Below are positions 63,182 to 64,000 of a stretch of 64,000 bases of DNA, piece by piece. A model generated the notes under the pieces. That model saw only the letters and a program-made list of their open reading frames with translations. It was not told the DNA's origin and did no database searches. Source of the DNA: an uncultured Solirubrobacterales bacterium (GTDB lineage: Bacteria > Actinomycetota > Thermoleophilia > Solirubrobacterales > Solirubrobacteraceae); NCBI GenBank assembly GCA_963775645.1, contig CAVZJR010000001.1:169956-233955 (forward strand), read 5' to 3'. A program made the translations under genes and the position numbers. Every line of letters starts with the position of its first letter. The stretch's first letter is position 1.

Positions 63182-63418
63182 TCAGCCAGGGCAATCAATC
63201 CAGCGATACATCAGCCCCCCGTGCACCTCGTGATAAGAGGGAGGCGCCGGGGGCGGATCGTTGGAGAGACGTGCGATCACCTGGTCGACGCCATGCAGCT
63301 GCTCCTCAACAGCGGTGGTCCAATGAATGTCGGGATGGAGCAGCCGTCGCAGGCGCGTCCAGTCGCGACGCTCTATCGCGTCGAGCACGTCGCACACCGC
63401 GGGGACCTGATCGGCCAT
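63182..63418 (-). CDS. Small NTF2/SnoaL-like protein
   Basis: AIERRDW..LLHPDIHW. Confidence 0.6.
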   Translation of the reverse strand: MADQVPAVCDVLDAIERRDWTRLRRLLHPDIHWTTAVEEQLHGVDQVIARLSNDPPPAPPSYHEVHGGLMYRWIDCPG

Positions 63419-63481
63419 GGGTTGCAACGCTAGAGCACGAGCCAACATGCATACCTATGCGTCTCGATCGACTACGGTCGC

Positions 63482-64000
63482 ATGATGCGCTTATGGTCGA
63501 AGCCGGCGCGACTGTTCGCTCTCCTCTTGCTCCCTGCCCTCCTTGGGCTCGGTGGCCTTTTGACGTTGGCATCCGCCCGCAGCCAGTCACCCACGGCTAT
63601 CGAGAGCAACAGCAGCCAAAACGCCAATGTGAGTGCAGGCGAGCGCGCCAACAAGGCCTCGGCCCGCCAAGACACCCAAGCCCTGATCGCCGGGCTCACG
63701 CTCCCCGCGGACGCCCGGCGCACCCGGGGGGCGCCGGTCCCGTCGGTGCTCTACGCCCGCTCTCTGTCCGTGCTGCTGGTGGCTTTGCCTGGAGGGTCCA
63801 CCGCGATCCGGGCCGACGCGGCAGACATGTGGGATATCCCGAGACCGGCCTCCGAGCGAGTCCCCTCGCAAGCATCGGTGCTAGACGTGTCCGTGACCCG
63901 ACCTTATGCGCGTCCTTCGCTTTCGCTCACCGTTACCGATCGGGTCAAGGTCAAGAAGATCGCAAGGGCGATCGACCGCTTGCCAACCGTGCAGCCGATC
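63482..64000 (+). CDS. Secreted hypothetical protein (3'-truncated by window edge)
   Basis: Signal peptide; frame appears open to window end. Confidence 0.5.
   Translation, partial: MMRLWSKPARLFALLLLPALLGLGGLLTLASARSQSPTAIESNSSQNANVSAGERANKASARQDTQALIAGLTLPADARRTRGAPVPSVLYARSLSVLLVALPGGSTAIRADAADMWDIPRPASERVPSQASVLDVSVTRPYARPSLSLTVTDRVKVKKIARAIDRLPTVQPI

Overview
High-GC actinobacterial DNA. The Bacillus-type large SRP RNA, standalone csrA, many ECF sigma factors and secreted proteins with basic C-terminal domains suggest Thermoleophilia/Solirubrobacterales (inference). There are four zones. (1) 1-14 kb: a repeated [FtsX-type ABC permease - enzyme - IclR] module, with a DUF2600/YtpB-like terpene cyclase in one unit and a cytochrome P450 in the other. 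It holds three near-identical, extremely A/C-rich IclR copies and two AAA ATPases. (2) 14-30 kb: envelope and core genes (O-antigen ligase-like, ECF sigma, CAP protein, priming glycosyltransferase, ask, recR, ybaB, dnaX, ffs, FKBP), many broken by indels that are probably sequencing errors. (3) 30.4-53.7 kb: a tandem array of integrase-less islands at tRNA-Val(CAC). It is bounded by one promoter+5' tRNA fragment, the intact tRNA and two 3' fragments, with mirrored arm-like sites. Cargo is three AbiE-type (type IV TA) loci, a HEPN/Abi_C-like protein, an Mrr-like nuclease and large secreted repeat proteins. (4) 54-64 kb: STAS protein, csrA, two paralogous ECF/anti-sigma pairs, a thioesterase, ArsR-SRPBCC and SnoaL proteins. 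All protein calls come from motif recognition by eye; no searches were run.
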